A stretch of 64,000 bases of DNA from Nymphaea colorata (Eukaryota): assembly GCF_008831285.2 (NCBI RefSeq), contig NC_045138.2, forward strand, positions 4,650,001 to 4,714,000, read 5' to 3'. The notes beneath the pieces were generated by a model. That model did no database searches. It was given only the letters and a program-made list of their open reading frames with translations, and was not told the DNA's origin. The translations under genes and the position numbers were made by a program. Of the stretch, positions 1 through 13,345 are shown in pieces. Every line of letters begins with the position of its first letter. Position 1 is the stretch's first letter.

Positions 1-3000
1 CTCTGAAACTTTAATGACAGTTCCAAACCGTCGGTAAATTAACAAGGCAACTTTTACTGATGGTTTCGCCACATTAGTAAATAACTTGCACAATATAATG
101 ACCAGGGTAAAGCATTGTACTTAATTCAGGAGAATTTTACCTGCTGGTCAGCAAGTAGAGACACCTTAGCTATAAGCCATCTATCGTTGGTCTGATCGAA
201 TCCGTCAATCCTTTCGTAGAGCAGGCTTGGAGACCCATTAGCAATAAAGACAGATTTTTTTTTCTGGACATAGAAGAATAATTGGTAAGATTACAGCAAT
301 TCATGGGCACATGATCACTAACTCAGTCACAATCCAATAATGAGGATGCAATACCACGTTGCTGCTCTTTACCGTGATGATCCTTAACATCTTTAAGTGG
401 CTCACTCATTTTTTCGAGCAGTTGAGGCAAATCTGATGCATCCAAATCTTTGGCATGACAGTTTTGTTATCTCTTTTAAAAATTGGATCTAAAATTGGAT
501 TGGATTAAGGAATTGGATACAAAAAAGGATATGCATCTAGAGTTTGGATTTTGGATCTATGTTACATCTAATTTGGATCCAAGGCTCATATTTAGATCAA
601 AGAGAGAGAAATTAATAAAATAAAGAGAATAAGATATTTTAAAAGATCAATAAAAAAAGAGGTACATGGATTAATAAAAAGAGAGATGGAGACATTTTAA
701 GAGAAATTGAAGGGAGATAGAAGAGACAAAAAAAAAGTGAAATCCAAGAGAGTGGCATTAGCAATTAATAAAAGGAGTGGGAAAAAAAGGTTTTAAGAGA
801 GATGGAAGAAAGAAAGCTAGAGATTAACAAAAGAAAAAAGAAAAAAAATATTTTCAAAGAGAAATCCAAGATAGAGAGAGAGTGTGTTGAATAATGGAGA
901 GAGAAATAAAGATTTTAGGAGAGGAAATGAAGTGAGAGAAAGAATAGAAGATAGAGAAATCAAGAAGAAAGAGGAAGATTAATAAAACAGAACAGAAATA
1001 AATAAAGAGAGAGAGAGAGGGAAAGAGATAGGTGTGGTTAATAAAAGAGAGAAATAGTAAGAGAGAAATCAAAGGCAAATATATTAATAAAAGAAAGAGA
1101 AAAAGAGGAATTTTAAGAGAGAAATTGAAAAGACAAAGAGAGATCTAAGAAAAAGAGAAATTAATAACATTGACAGAAAAAACTATTTTATTGATAAATT
1201 AAATGGAAAGGGAAGAGAGAGGGACACATACATGATAAAGAAAGAAACCTTTTAAGAGAGAGATAAAAGGAAGAGAGTGAGAGAGAGAAAGAAAGAGAGA
1301 GTGAAGGAAGGGCCCAAATCATGTGAGAAGGAAGAGATAGAAAAATAGGCAAGGAGGGTACCATGGACCAAGGCTTCAAGGACTTGATGAGGAGCTCAAA
1401 ACTTGGCAACCTAACCTAAGGGCAGTCCCTAATTAAACCTCCCAACTACATCATGAGTCCCTTAACTTCTTTGCCTATGGGTCCACTTAGGTATGGCTGG
1501 GTGTGGGGTCGACTACTTGGTACTTGGCCCAACTTGGGCTCAAAAAAAATTTCCCGGGCCAGCTTGATAAGTTAGCGGGCCAGTTTGAGAAATTATCTGT
1601 CCAGCCTAGGTGCGCCTGACTAAGCTCGGTTATAATATTTTACTACGATTAATGATATTTATATATTATTTTATATTACAATAAAATAAGCTCGACCAGG
1701 CAGAGGCTGAGGCTGCAAGATGGTGAGAAGGCCGAAGCAGTGGCAATGAATCAGGCTTGGCCCGCCTCAGCCTAATAAAATATTAATTACTAATTTTAAA
1801 TAACTTTGATATTTATATATATATAATATAAATATTTTAATTTTTGTTTGCTAAAATTGAATTGGGCAGGGCTTAGGCCTCAGCCCAGGCATCGACTGTG
1901 TGCCGACTAGAGCCTGGCCATGGATGGCCTCTGAGTGTGTAGGCCAGTGACTGGCCACATGCTGTAGGCCAGTGACTGGCCACATGCAGCCCAGTAGTGT
2001 GCAGGCCGTAGCAAGTTTGTTTAATGCTGGTCGGGTTATTGGAATCAGGCAGGGCTTGGGCCTGGCCTGGGTTGTCAAATGGGAAAGGGTCGGCTCTGCC
2101 AATAACCAACCCTAAGCACGTAGGAGAAGAGGAAGGCAGTAGGTGGTGGTGGCGTCGACTGCATGCTGACTAGAGCCTGGTACGTGTAGTGATTTTGGAC
2201 AGGACATGCCAGTATCAAGACTGTTCAAATGCAGCCTGGTGGTGCACAGGCATTAGCTGTTCATTCAATGCTGGTGAGGCTTTTGGACAGGACATGCCAG
2301 TATCAAGACTCTGGCTTGGTGTGCAGCCAAAAGAGCCGGACCAGCTGGGCTGGAGCACCAGCTCGACAAGGGCAAGTCGGCCTGGCCATGCTTAATAGGA
2401 GGCGGCTACCAGCAAGGGACGACAGGTGGCTGGCAGCGGATGACCTTGTCAAGCCTGGTGGCTGCTAAGGAAGGGTGGTCTAAATAGAGAGAGAGAGAGA
2501 GAGAGAGAGGTAGTGGCCGGTAAGCGTAGGGCCAACGTTGGTGTGTGTGTGTGTGTCGGAGTGCCAAGTGGTAACAATCCAACCAACTTACAATTGGCTG
2601 GGGACTTGTTCTCCGGTGCTCGAACTTGTCTTCTACACTGGGTTCTAGCAGGTCTTCCTCTGAAGACCAAACTACTGGTATTAGCCTTTGCGCGGGTGAG
2701 CAGGCATGGCTTGGGCAAGGACTGACGTGCACAAAGGAGCTTGCAGTGGTCGGCCGTGAGGAAATAGACAAACTTTGACCCGCATTTTTGGGAGGCTGGT
2801 GGTAGACTCCAACTTTGGGTGTAAATGATGGTGAAAGGAGAGAGATTGGCCAATGGACAGCGGTGTGCCCATGGTGGCACGCCGGTCCATAGCAGTGTGC
2901 AACGAAGGTGTGCGGTCACGGTGGGGGTGGTGGGGAGGCTGCAAGCTAGTGGTAGAGCAGCAGCGGCAGGTGGTGGAAGTGGAAGAAGGAGAAGGCCACT

Positions 3001-3281
3001 CATGAGAGCTGGCCGGTGGCATATGTGTGTGTGTGTAAGAGAGAGATAAAAAGTGCATAAAATAACTAATATGTATGAGATAATAAATAGAGATGAGATA
3101 GCAAATAAGTATGAGGTAACCTGTATGAGATAACAAATAGGTGTAAGATAACAACAATGTATAAGATAATGCTAAAGTTGATATTTTTGGCAGGAGAAAA
3201 GGGTAGAGGTTCGGTAGAGGTTGTGTTTTCACCCATTGTGCATGCGTTGTGTTTTCCCCATTGTTGCACACAAGAAACTTG

Positions 3282-3386
3282 CATTCCCTGTTTAGGGACA
3301 CAAAGATCAGTTTGTGCTAGACACGCTGAACATAGATTACCCTGTGTCTAGCACAGACTGATCTTCGTGTCCCTAAACAGGGAATG
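3282..3386. repeat. Short near-perfect hairpin (43-bp arms, 19-nt loop)
   Basis: 3282-3324 and 3344-3386 are reverse complements with 2 mismatches. Confidence 0.92.
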
Positions 3387-3407
3387 TGAGAAGACAGTGG
3401 TCGCTAG

Positions 3408-4227
3408 TCGGCAGAAGGAGGCTGGAGCAGAGAGGTCGAGAATAAAGAAATCGGTCATTTGGGGTCCAACGGAAGAGGGGGCAGAGTTAATTTCTCCATG
3501 TAAAATTCCTTACTCTTCCTGGTTTTTCTTAGTATTCTCTTGTTTATCGAGCAGAGCAAGTTCTGCTTACTGTCGTTCTGTCCGTCTTTCACAGACACAG
3601 TAAAAAAAAATGACATATTGTAGAAAACAAAGTCTTCCAAACCCAATCAATACTTTCATGCTTCATGCTTCAACTAACTTTAGCCTAGCATGCTTTATTT
3701 TCAGTAAATGCATCACAGCATGATACACTCATGATGCACAGACGACATACATGCATTCACAGGTAATATAATTTGCACAAGCACCACAGTAGTTGAAATT
3801 CACTTGCTGGAATTCGACAAGTATGGCTTTGATACCAATGTTGGGTTTTATGCAGCGGAATGGCAACCGTTCTCCTATCTTCGTCTGCGCAGCACTTTCA
3901 TTAGTTGCATCGCCATGAGCCACAAAGCAGCAGCAACAACCACGGTTGATGATGAAGAGGAAGTGGATGAAGAGATGTAAATTTCCGGGTTTCCTTCTAT
4001 AAGGCGCCGACTAGGGAAATCCAGCAGCTCCCACCTCACGTCGCCGGTGGGCTGACAGGTTTGCATCGATATATGTATGTGTATTTTCTTTGATTTTAAA
4101 TTTGTAAAATTCATTGCACACATAAGTTTGCTTGTGTTGGACAGTCTTTTTTTGGACCTTGTCCTTTTATGGTTTACCTTTGGCCGATAACTTGAAAAAA
4201 AAAGACAACCTTTTATATGAATCTTTC
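3408..4227 (-). repeat. Third copy of the 27-28.6 kb foldback arm
   Basis: Direct match to 27835-28647. Confidence 0.9.
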
Positions 4228-4880
4228 AGGTTTTTTTTAATTGTGCATTGGTCAGTACTGAAGTTTGTATTTTTTAAATTGTGAAATATAGTATACTTTA
4301 TTAAATATATACACATACTCATATTACATGTCATTCATTTTTATTTGATAACAAAAATTTAATATGAAGTCTCAACAGACTTACCTCTTTCATTTATTAA
4401 TTATTGAAAACATGCAGAATAAATATTTATGATATAATCAGCCGAGTTGCCGAGTCCACTCTCTGACCCCATAACCCAGTCTTCAACCTATCTGAGTCCG
4501 AGTCACATGTTTACCAACTATGTTCTCTCCTTTTAGTTCCTATCGAAGGTAAGATGGAAAAATTTGGTTCTTTGCTCAGAAAAGGAGCAATGAAAAGTTT
4601 GTTACTTCACCATGTTGAATTACTCAGTATAAACTGGGGAACAATGAAAGAGTAGGCAACATGCAAGCAGCCTCTTTGGGGTATGGGATGACTTTTTATG
4701 AAACAAGACGAAGCAAAATCTCAAAACTATAAAGGGTATTTGGTTAGTTCGCATTTTAATCTATGTAGGCATGATGTGGTAAACGTTTGTTGGTGTGAGC
4801 ATTTGTTGATGTGATGAAAGATCCACAGCAATAAGTTGATGTGATGAAAGATCCACAGCAATAAATATAGTTCATCAAAC

Positions 4881-5485
4881 TAAGGATCTTAAATCAATCT
4901 AATATATCTACAATTGAGATTCTCATTTTACTTCTTACGTTAGCAAAAGACTTTATCTAATTATGATTGGTGAGAAAGGTTCCATACTGAACTGATTTTC
5001 CAGCGAGTCCAAGCTGAACTCATCTTCCCCGATTTTACAATCTCCCATTGCTGGTATTTAGACCTCAAAAAAAAAAATACATGTAAATTTTTAGAAAAAT
5101 TTCTGATGTAAAAAAAAATTGTTAAAAATTTTGAAACTATAATTCGGCCCCTAATGAAAAATTCTTGTCTCTACCCATAAGGATCTTAAATCAATCTAAT
5201 ATATCTACAATTGAGATTCTCATTTTACTTCTTATGTTAGCAAAAGACTTGATCTAATTATGATTGGTGATTAAGGTCCCATACTCAACTGATTTTCCAG
5301 CGAGTCCAAGCTGAACTCGTCTTCCCCGATTTTACAATCTCCCATTGCTGGTATTTAGACCTCAAAAAAAAAAATACATGTAAATTTTTAGAAAAATTTC
5401 TGATGTAAAACTTTTAGAAAAAAAATCTGTTAAAAATTTTGAGACCATAATTCCGCCCTTAATGAAAAATTCTTGTCCCTACCCA
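4881..5485. repeat. Tandem duplication of ~298 bp
   Basis: TAAGGATCTTAAATCAATCT... starts at 4881 and again at ~5178. Confidence 0.9.
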
Positions 5486-5507
5486 TGCTTGTATCTTCGA
5501 TGGCAAC

Positions 5508-8500
5508 TAAGGGTGAACAACGAGCCGAGCAACTCGAGCTCGGCTCGTTAAAACTTGGCTTAAAATCGAGTTTGAGTTGGCTGTTTTAGTACACGAGCCG
5601 AGTTCAAGCTCGTATTTCAACTCTTCTTTTTAGTCGAGCCAAGTTTGACTTCACTGAACTTGGACTTTTAAGCTTGACTCGGCTCAAGTAAAAAGCAAAT
5701 AGCAAAATGCAATTACTACATATTTTGTTTCTTCTGTTTTGAGTTCCTGTTATCACCCCAAATTTTTCAAAAAATACTGTATTTGGATTTAATCCTAGAC
5801 CCAAAACAAACTTGTGTCTATTCGATCTAAAATGAATTTTTAAACACAAGTTTAGATCTGAATCAAACCCAAAATTCAAAATCGCATTCGAAATGACAAA
5901 GTTTGAGCGTCGCGTGAGCACGGACTTTCCTTTGTTCTAAGGTCTCATTTCCATGCCAAAACATGTTTTAAAACCCAAGTCACACGCTTGAATGAGTCGA
6001 CAAATGACTGAACGAAAATCGGATTTGGAGCAAGTTCGGAGTTGCTCAAAATGGAGTCGACCGCCCATGTTCAACAAAAATTTTTCTTTTACCCATTTTA
6101 AATAAAAAAAATATTTTATGCTTCCTATATCAACAACATTTTTATTTTTGTTTTATCAAATTTTATTTAAGTTAAAAAAAAACTTTTTTTTGCGCTCCCA
6201 TGCACCTTCGCATGCTAATGCATCACGCAGCGTGCGACCGCGAGCATGACGCACGTGCACTGCCAAAACATCCTCTGGGGCCTGCCTTGTGCACAGGCCC
6301 CATTTGTCTTCAAAAATTGATATTTGGAGGCCATTTTTGAACATTTTTAAAGGCCATTAGCCCTAACTACGCCCCCAAAAAAATGAATTTCCAAGCCTAA
6401 TGGCCAATCAATACTTATTTCAAACCCATTTCCTTTTCAAAATTATTTGAAATTCAAAAGAATTTGAATTTTGAGTTTGGCTACAAAATCCTCTATAAAT
6501 AGCCACCATTTTCCCCCTCTTGAGCAATGAGCTAGCCCTTGAAGAAGCTCTAGCAAATTTTCACTTGAGGACTTGGAAATTTTTGTCCTCTTCCTCCATT
6601 TCCCTCTTCCTCTTCCATTCTCATTCTCTCTCCTTCTTCAACTTGGAGCAAGCTTCATCAAACAATAACTCTTCAAGGGAGCACGAAAATTTCTTGGAGG
6701 CCATATCGTTATCGTCTTAGAGCTTCATTCAATGAGGTCTAAGATCATTCAAATAAAGGGTGATAATTTTTCTTCCTAATATCAATCACATTCGAGGTAT
6801 GTAATCTTCCTCCATTTCTATTTTCATTTCCTCTTGTCACCTCTCCATGGCTCATTTCCAATATCATTCATATCTGATGTATGCAATCCTCCCTTTTCAT
6901 TTCCTCCTTTTCATCTTGCCTCCTCTCATGGCTGAGCAAGATAGCTCAAATGATCTGGAATCAAGAACTACTCTTGACAGCACCGGGAGTATGAGTAAGA
7001 CATAACAAATTTCATTTCTTCATTTATCTCCAAAAATATACTAGATATATTATCTTCATTCATCATTCATGCTTGAAATGATGCTCATGCATGATATTTT
7101 AATCTTCCCTTAATCAAGGAGAAAATGCATGGTGAGAATGAGTATTTGGGGTTGGGATTTCTTCTTGTGATTTTTGAGTTTAGGACTTGTCCAACCCGGG
7201 AAAAACTCTCATGAAATATGTACATTTTAATATGCATTTGCATGTCATTTTGTTCACTAGTTTCATTTTTAATCATCCGACTAAGAACCCTAATGAGAAC
7301 CTTATCGTGTGGTTTGGTTTTCTTCCATACCCAATGGTGGGAGAAATCAATTTTCTTGTAATAGTTATGGTTTTTATTCACACACCAAAATATTTAGAAT
7401 CAAGTTTTCCAAAAGATTTTCAAAACGAAATACCTTCTCTAATGGGGCCTTGGAGACCTAACTTAGGTTCTTGCATTAGCCCAAATTCCCCAATGGCCTA
7501 CATCAAAAATTGAAGTCAGCTATTTTCAAGTTATTTCTTGATTTTCATATTCATGAAGACGTATGTGTATATACATGTTATATGCATATGGGTACAAATG
7601 AATATCTTTCTTTGTTGTTCTCTATCTATGATTTAATACACTTTTACAAACTTTCATATACGTACACATGAATATATATATATACATGTATTCCATTTTT
7701 AAATATCTCTTTCTTTCTAAAATGATCTTTTTCTCTCTATTTGATTTAAACCTCATTTTCACAAGGTTTCATATATGTATCCATATGTATATATATATTC
7801 ACATATATGTATGTATGTATATGAATACGTATCTATCTTTCTTTTAGATATCTAATTTTTTGATTTTCAAGATCTCTTTCTCTCTCTCTTCTATATTTCT
7901 CTCTATGAAAGTCTTTCATCTTTTCCATCATTTCAATATTTTTCTCTTACCATTTAAGATTTTATTTTTTTATTTGCCAACTTCATTAAGACCACAAACT
8001 AAGGAATGACCCAATATTGGAATCATATTTGATGGTCTACAACCCCAATCCATTTTCAAAAACTTTTCTTTCTTATATATATAATAATTATGAAAACAAG
8101 AATCTTAGATGAATGTCATGGTAGGAATGCCTAATTATCTTTTAATCATGTACGATCAATGCATTCATGCAATCACATTTACTTAATATCACAAACGAGC
8201 ACACATTCACATCTGTAAAAGAACGCATTATTATCTTTTAATCATGTACGATCAATGCATTCATGCAATCATATTCACTTAATATCACAAATGAGCACAC
8301 ATTCACATCTGTAAAAGAACTTAAGCAAGACGTGACAGAACTCTAACTAGGTGGTAACCAAATTATAGTAAAATCTCAAACCTACGTAAAGTCTTAAGAG
8401 AACACTAAAATGATTTCAAAATGATTTTTCAAGTTTTCCAAATGATATTCATAAGGATTTCCTTATAGTTTTTCCCAAAATATTTCACATTCTCAAGCAA

Positions 8501-9480
8501 CTATTCAAGAATCTTTTCATAAGTTTGAAACATCAAACTTTTAATATTTTTCCACACTGCACATAGTATAAAAAAGATGTTTAAGTTAAAACAATATGCA
8601 TCAATGTAAACATAGCCTTTTGGTTGATTACCCCCCGGTAAATGCGCCGGGAAAGGTCGATCCTTGTATCGACGGGAGAGTCCCTTTCTTTTATATTTCA
8701 AAACAAAAACCGCATTTTCTGGAGCACCCCAAAAACCAATGAATTTTTGGGATGCAAACAGTTCAATTTCTCAACATGTGTTCTCACTCCTGACTTTCTT
8801 TGTTTTCATCCAAATGGAAGGCCGGCACCATCTCACCGACGACCAGCAATCGGTGAGGCTGCAAATCACTTCTCGTCTGCTAAGATGAGCCAATGCCCAT
8901 GGTGATATACTTTCTCTGTCTCTCAATCTTAAACTCCCAAGGCTTCAGAAAATCCTCATTCAAGCGTGGGTTTTAGAAGTCCTCACTCAACGAGGGTTGA
9001 GCGAGTGAGTTTCTTTGCTATCCTCGCTTACTTGAGCGAGGGTTTCTGAAACCCTATCGCTCAAGCGAGCGAGGGTTTCTTGAACCTCTTTCTCAAAGGG
9101 TTTCTGAAACCCTTAAAAACCCACGCTTGTCAAGGGTTGAGTGAGCGAGGGTTTCTTGAAACCCCATTGCTCGAGCAGGTGAGGGTTTTAGAGTATGAGC
9201 TTTTCCCATTTTATAAACCCTCATGGGAGGAAGCGAGTTTCTGTTCTTAGATTCTTCCCTCTTCTTATGAGATCCACCTTCTCCTGTCGCCCCTGATGCA
9301 GTAAATGAGTTTATCGAGCCTTAGACTCGAGCTCGAGCTGAAGAAAAAACTGTCGAGTCGAGCTCGAGTTACTTCCACCGATCTATTCTCAAGCTCGGCT
9401 GCTCAAGCTCGTGATTTCATTAGTTGAGCCGAGCTCGAGCTGGCTGAACTCAGGCTTGACTCGGCTCGTTTTCACCCCTA
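5508..9480. mobile_element. hAT-like non-autonomous element (GAGCTCGAGC-rich subtermini), interrupted by solo LTR 5748-8760
   Basis: TIRs TAAGGGTGAACAACGAGCC / GGCTCGTTTTCACCCCTA; degenerate 8-bp TSD ATGGCAAC/ACAGTAAC. The inverted paralog near 13813-13820 shows the empty site with a single ATGACAAT. Confidence 0.8.
5748..8760. mobile_element. Solo LTR (~3.0 kb; Ty3/Gypsy, probably Ogre/Tat-like)
   Basis: TGTTATCACCCCAAATTTTT...TTTTTGGGATGCAAACA termini; 5-bp TSD GTTCC/GTTCA; collinear with 38028-41287; no coding capacity. Confidence 0.85.
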
Positions 9481-10239
9481 ACAGTAACAAAGAATAAGGA
9501 AAAGACAAATGAGAGAGGAAAAAGAACACTGTCGATAAAGTTACGTACAGAGAGCATGAGAAGCTAAAACTGAAAGGGCAAGATCACGGGCAGTGGGTAC
9601 TTAAAAAAGGGCATAGTTGATTAGAAGTATGTACCATTGAATAATTTTATCCATATAAATTTGTCCTTGACGTATAGTTTGATCCTTTGGACACCTTTAA
9701 CTGGTAACTTGTTTCCAGAAAATTGTTTCAAGGAATCACTGGAATGGGAACCGTTGTCCCGATTCTAGTTATGAAGCATGTGTGATCAGGGTCGGAGCCA
9801 GGAAATTTTTTGTCGCAAGGGCCAGTCTATAGTTTCAAAAATTCAATAGAGGCCAAAATAGAGGATTTTCAATTTTTTTACACACTAAACTAAATTTTTT
9901 GATATTTACATATAATTTTTTCCAAAATTTTTAAAATCTGAGGTGGGCCAAGATCCCTGTCGGCCCCTCCTTCCCTCCGCCTCTCTGTGTGATGGAATGG
10001 AATGGGCTTGGTGCTAGAGCGGACCCTCACCCCCACCCCTACCCGCACTCCTTGATTCAAAAAATTCAAAAATTTATAAGTATATTTCAAAAAACTTAGT
10101 TTAACATAAGTGAAAATTTAGAAAATTGTTTAAATTTTGAAACTATAGTTTGGCTCTTGCAACAAAACATTATTGGCTCCACCTCCAGTTTGATATTAGT
10201 TAATATTTTCTCACTTAGTAGAGACACACCAGGATACGT

Positions 10240-10420
10240 TGTTCCTTCTTGTAGTTTACAGCAATGTCCAGAAACTGTGGCACTTGTGGCTTTCTTGTTC
10301 CCCCAAACTCAAGCCCTTGGTTGACGTCGTTCACCCACGAAATGCATTTTCAGCAATGTGCAATGCATTTGCAGCAATGTGCAGGAACAGATTGCCTGCC
10401 TCTCAAAGCTTAAGAAAGGT
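10240..10420 (+). pseudogene. NLR C-terminal LRR fragment
   Basis: VQKLWHLWLSCSPKLKPLVDVV and SNVQEQIACLSKLK align with LPKLRYLALWYFPNLKSVVEV and SDAQQQQIACVSNLQ of the intact NLR. Confidence 0.7.
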
Positions 10421-11150
10421 TATTGGAACATAGACAATTTGATTTTTTACTTCAAAGATGATGTATTTGGTACCATCACTCATGACACCATCGTCAAATG
10501 TCAATTTCTTTTACAAGGTGAAGAGTGCAAAAGGTCAAGTGTAAGTATATATCAACGGTGGAAGGAGGGAGGGCCGCCTAAGCTCATGGCCCCACCCCAA
10601 CTAATTGAAAAAAATAACTACACAAAAAAAATTAGAAACTTTTTGTTACCATCATGTATTGTTTGGATTTGGGTTCAGTTTGACCTTACCCGGACCCAAC
10701 TCACAAAACCCAGCCCCTTTCATTGCATTTCATTGAACCATTTGGCCCGCTCGTAAAAAAAATCCTGGCATTGCCTATAATAGTTTGTTGTATCTTGTCA
10801 TGCCATCTTCTCTATCTTCTTAACTTACTGAAGTGTAGAGACCCTAATAAAAATGGAAAGTTTAACCTTCTGATTCTGATGTTCATCAAATTGTGGCTAC
10901 AACTAATGCTGATGGCTTTGCAATTTTTACGAACGCATTTCTCCAATGGTAAATCTATTCTTCTTTTTTTTTTGTGGTGTTAATCAGGTTTTCCATTGAA
11001 AACAAAACAAGGAAACGAATAAAACTGAACCATTAAGCCGCCAGCTTAGACATTTCAGAACTACAAATAAATATAAAAGATCAAACCTTCAGACGCTGAA
11101 CTTTGGAATGGTAAATAAAAAGAAACATTTGTTGACAAAACATAAAAGAT

Positions 11151-11188
<38 letters not shown>

Positions 11189-11403
11189 GCAGTAATTAAA
11201 GTATAAGCTCTATTCCCTGAGGAAAACTTCAAGTTTAGTGAAGAACAAGAGCACAAATTGAATTTAAAAGAAGGAAACATGTACAAATGAAAGCAAAGAG
11301 TTTTCAATTAGTTATCATCTTCACCCGCTCCAAATGACCCGTGTGAAGCTCCGTCACTGACCTATTCTACAATCAGATCTGAGTGCACATCTGCTGTCAC
11401 TGT

Positions 11404-11421
11404 CTCTTCATGTGTGTGTGT

Positions 11422-11478
<57 letters not shown>
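11404..11478. repeat. (TA)n microsatellite (others at ~19996-20047, 22946-23108, 36480-36535; (CT)n at 11155-11185; (GA)n at 2486-2508)
   Basis: Direct inspection. Confidence 0.95.
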
Positions 11479-11481
<3 letters not shown>

Positions 11482-12224
11482 CAAATTTGGTAATAAAAGT
11501 AATAAAATATTGGGGCTGGAGTATAATGATTTTCAGACATATTGTGACCTCAATTGTTAACTTGATTGACTGAGGGAATGGGACAGGGATGGAGTGCCAT
11601 GTATTGATAATGTCTCCAAGGATGGCCCTCCCATGATATTGTCGCTTCAATTATTATCTAAATTATCCTTTGTTTTGAAAGCCTACTGTCAATCAACATG
11701 TTTATCCACGTTTCGCTCCTTAACAATGACAGACCAGTCGTCCCAACCTGGTGGGTCAAATAGCGCGTGTTGAGGGAACACGGGGCCTTGAGGACCAGGT
11801 TGGATCGAACTCAAGACCTTCAAATAAACTAATGAATTTATTACTCAAGGTGTGTACTTTGGCACAAAATGTAAAACGTCTCGCTGACCTTAGTCAGATA
11901 CATTGGAAATTAAGGTGGCATGAAATATTAGGGTTGGGGATTTTTTTTCAGATTTATTTAGCAGTAATTCTTATTCAAATAATTTTTTAACAATAAAAAT
12001 ATAAACAACTCTTATAATATAAGATTTTCACTTTGCAGTTGGGCAGAATGGTTTCAAACTTGCATATCTACATCTCAGCATTCTGTAATTCTATTTGAAG
12101 ATGTATGGATCTAACTCACAGACATAAGAGTTGGATCTAGTTTGCATTTTTATTGCATTCGCATGTTTTAATATGTGTCGTGTATTTTGATTGGATCAAA
12201 TCATATCTATTGATTGGATCAAAA

Positions 12225-12790
12225 TCATGTCTATATCCATTACTAGAGAGGGAGGTGTAGAAGCAGTAGAAACTTCCAGTAAACATGGCACAAGCACAAT
12301 ATTTTCGCATGAACATGTATTCATTAAGTCGATTAATTGTTAGCAGATGCTAGCACCCATTTGACAGTGTATATGTGCATGAGACTGTGTTTGAGAAGAT
12401 TGGAGAAATCCATATATGTACACATGCACACACACACAAACACACACACTTGGCACAAGAGTTCATTACTCTTAGCCTGATAGATTGGAAATTAAGGTGA
12501 CATGGAAGATTGGAAATTAAGGTGATTAGATCAAAATTTTATCTATATCCATTACTAGAGAGGGAGGTGTAGAAGCAGTAGAAGGTAAGCACTTGCAGTA
12601 AACATGGCACAAGCACAACATTTTCGCGTGAACATGTATTCATTGAGTCGATTAATTGTTAGCAGATGCTAGCGCCCATTTGACAGTGTATATGTGCATG
12701 AGACTGTGTTTGAGAAGCCAGAGCATCTTGACAGTTGGAGAAATCCGTATATGTACACATGCACACATACACACAAACACACACACACAC
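12225..12790. repeat. Tandem duplication, ~310-bp period
   Basis: TCTATATCCATTACTAGAGAGGGAGGTG... occurs at ~12230 and ~12542. Confidence 0.85.
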
Positions 12791-13209
12791 ACATCAGGCT
12801 TTCACCAGAGTATGTGTTGTATGCTCAAACCCACCATCTAACAAAATTTTGGATTAAATGCTTCACACTAAATTTTGGGAACATGTCATTATCAGTGGGG
12901 ACTGACTAAACTGTGCTGGGACTCTGTAGAAACTCACAAGATGACCAGAGCTGAGATCTATAAAAGAGTGCGAGTAAGGAAGACTGAGGAGCCTTGATGT
13001 CCTCAAATATGGAAGAACCAAACTCCCATGGGAGCCGGATGGGTACTTCATTTGGCTATTGAGGGCCGATTACGTACTCAAGGATGCCACAAAAGATTTG
13101 GTATATCTGTGGCTTCGGCCCATCCCACAAACTAATGCAAAATGACAATTGTGAAATGAATTTAATCCAAAGTGTCCACCAGTCAAAATCCAAAATTTTG
13201 TTTGAGCAT

Positions 13210-13345
13210 ACTGTTCCTGCACATTGCCGTAACTGCATTTCGTGGGTGAACGATGTCCACCAAGGGCTTGAACTTGGGGGAATAAGAAAGCCACAAGCAC
13301 CTCAGTTTCTCAACATTGCCATGGCCTCTCAAACTACAAAAAGGA
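13210..13345 (-). pseudogene. NLR C-terminal LRR fragment (inverted copy of the 10.2-kb fragment)
   Basis: SLRGHGNVEKLRCLWLSYSPKFKPLVDIV aligns with SLGGHWQCLPKLRYLALWYFPNLKSVVEV. It is an inverted nucleotide match to 10240-10360. Confidence 0.7.

Noticed and set aside
260..460. Minus-strand peptide DLDASDLPQLLEKM/SHLKMLRII as a possible LRR remnant
   Set aside because: Too short and degenerate to support without a search.
600..1410. Hydrophobic ORFs 854-1078 and 1188-1409
   Set aside because: Artefacts of a GA-rich low-complexity tract.
1851..3301. Cluster of GC-rich ORFs up to 206 aa
   Set aside because: They run through microsatellites and short tandem duplications (e.g. GTAGGCCAGTGACTGGCCACATGC x2); repeat-derived.
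12920..13140. LRR-like peptide (KLTR*PELRSIKECE*GRLRSLDVL) on the plus strand
   Set aside because: Only weak resemblance, multiple stops, and no clear match to the intact NLR.
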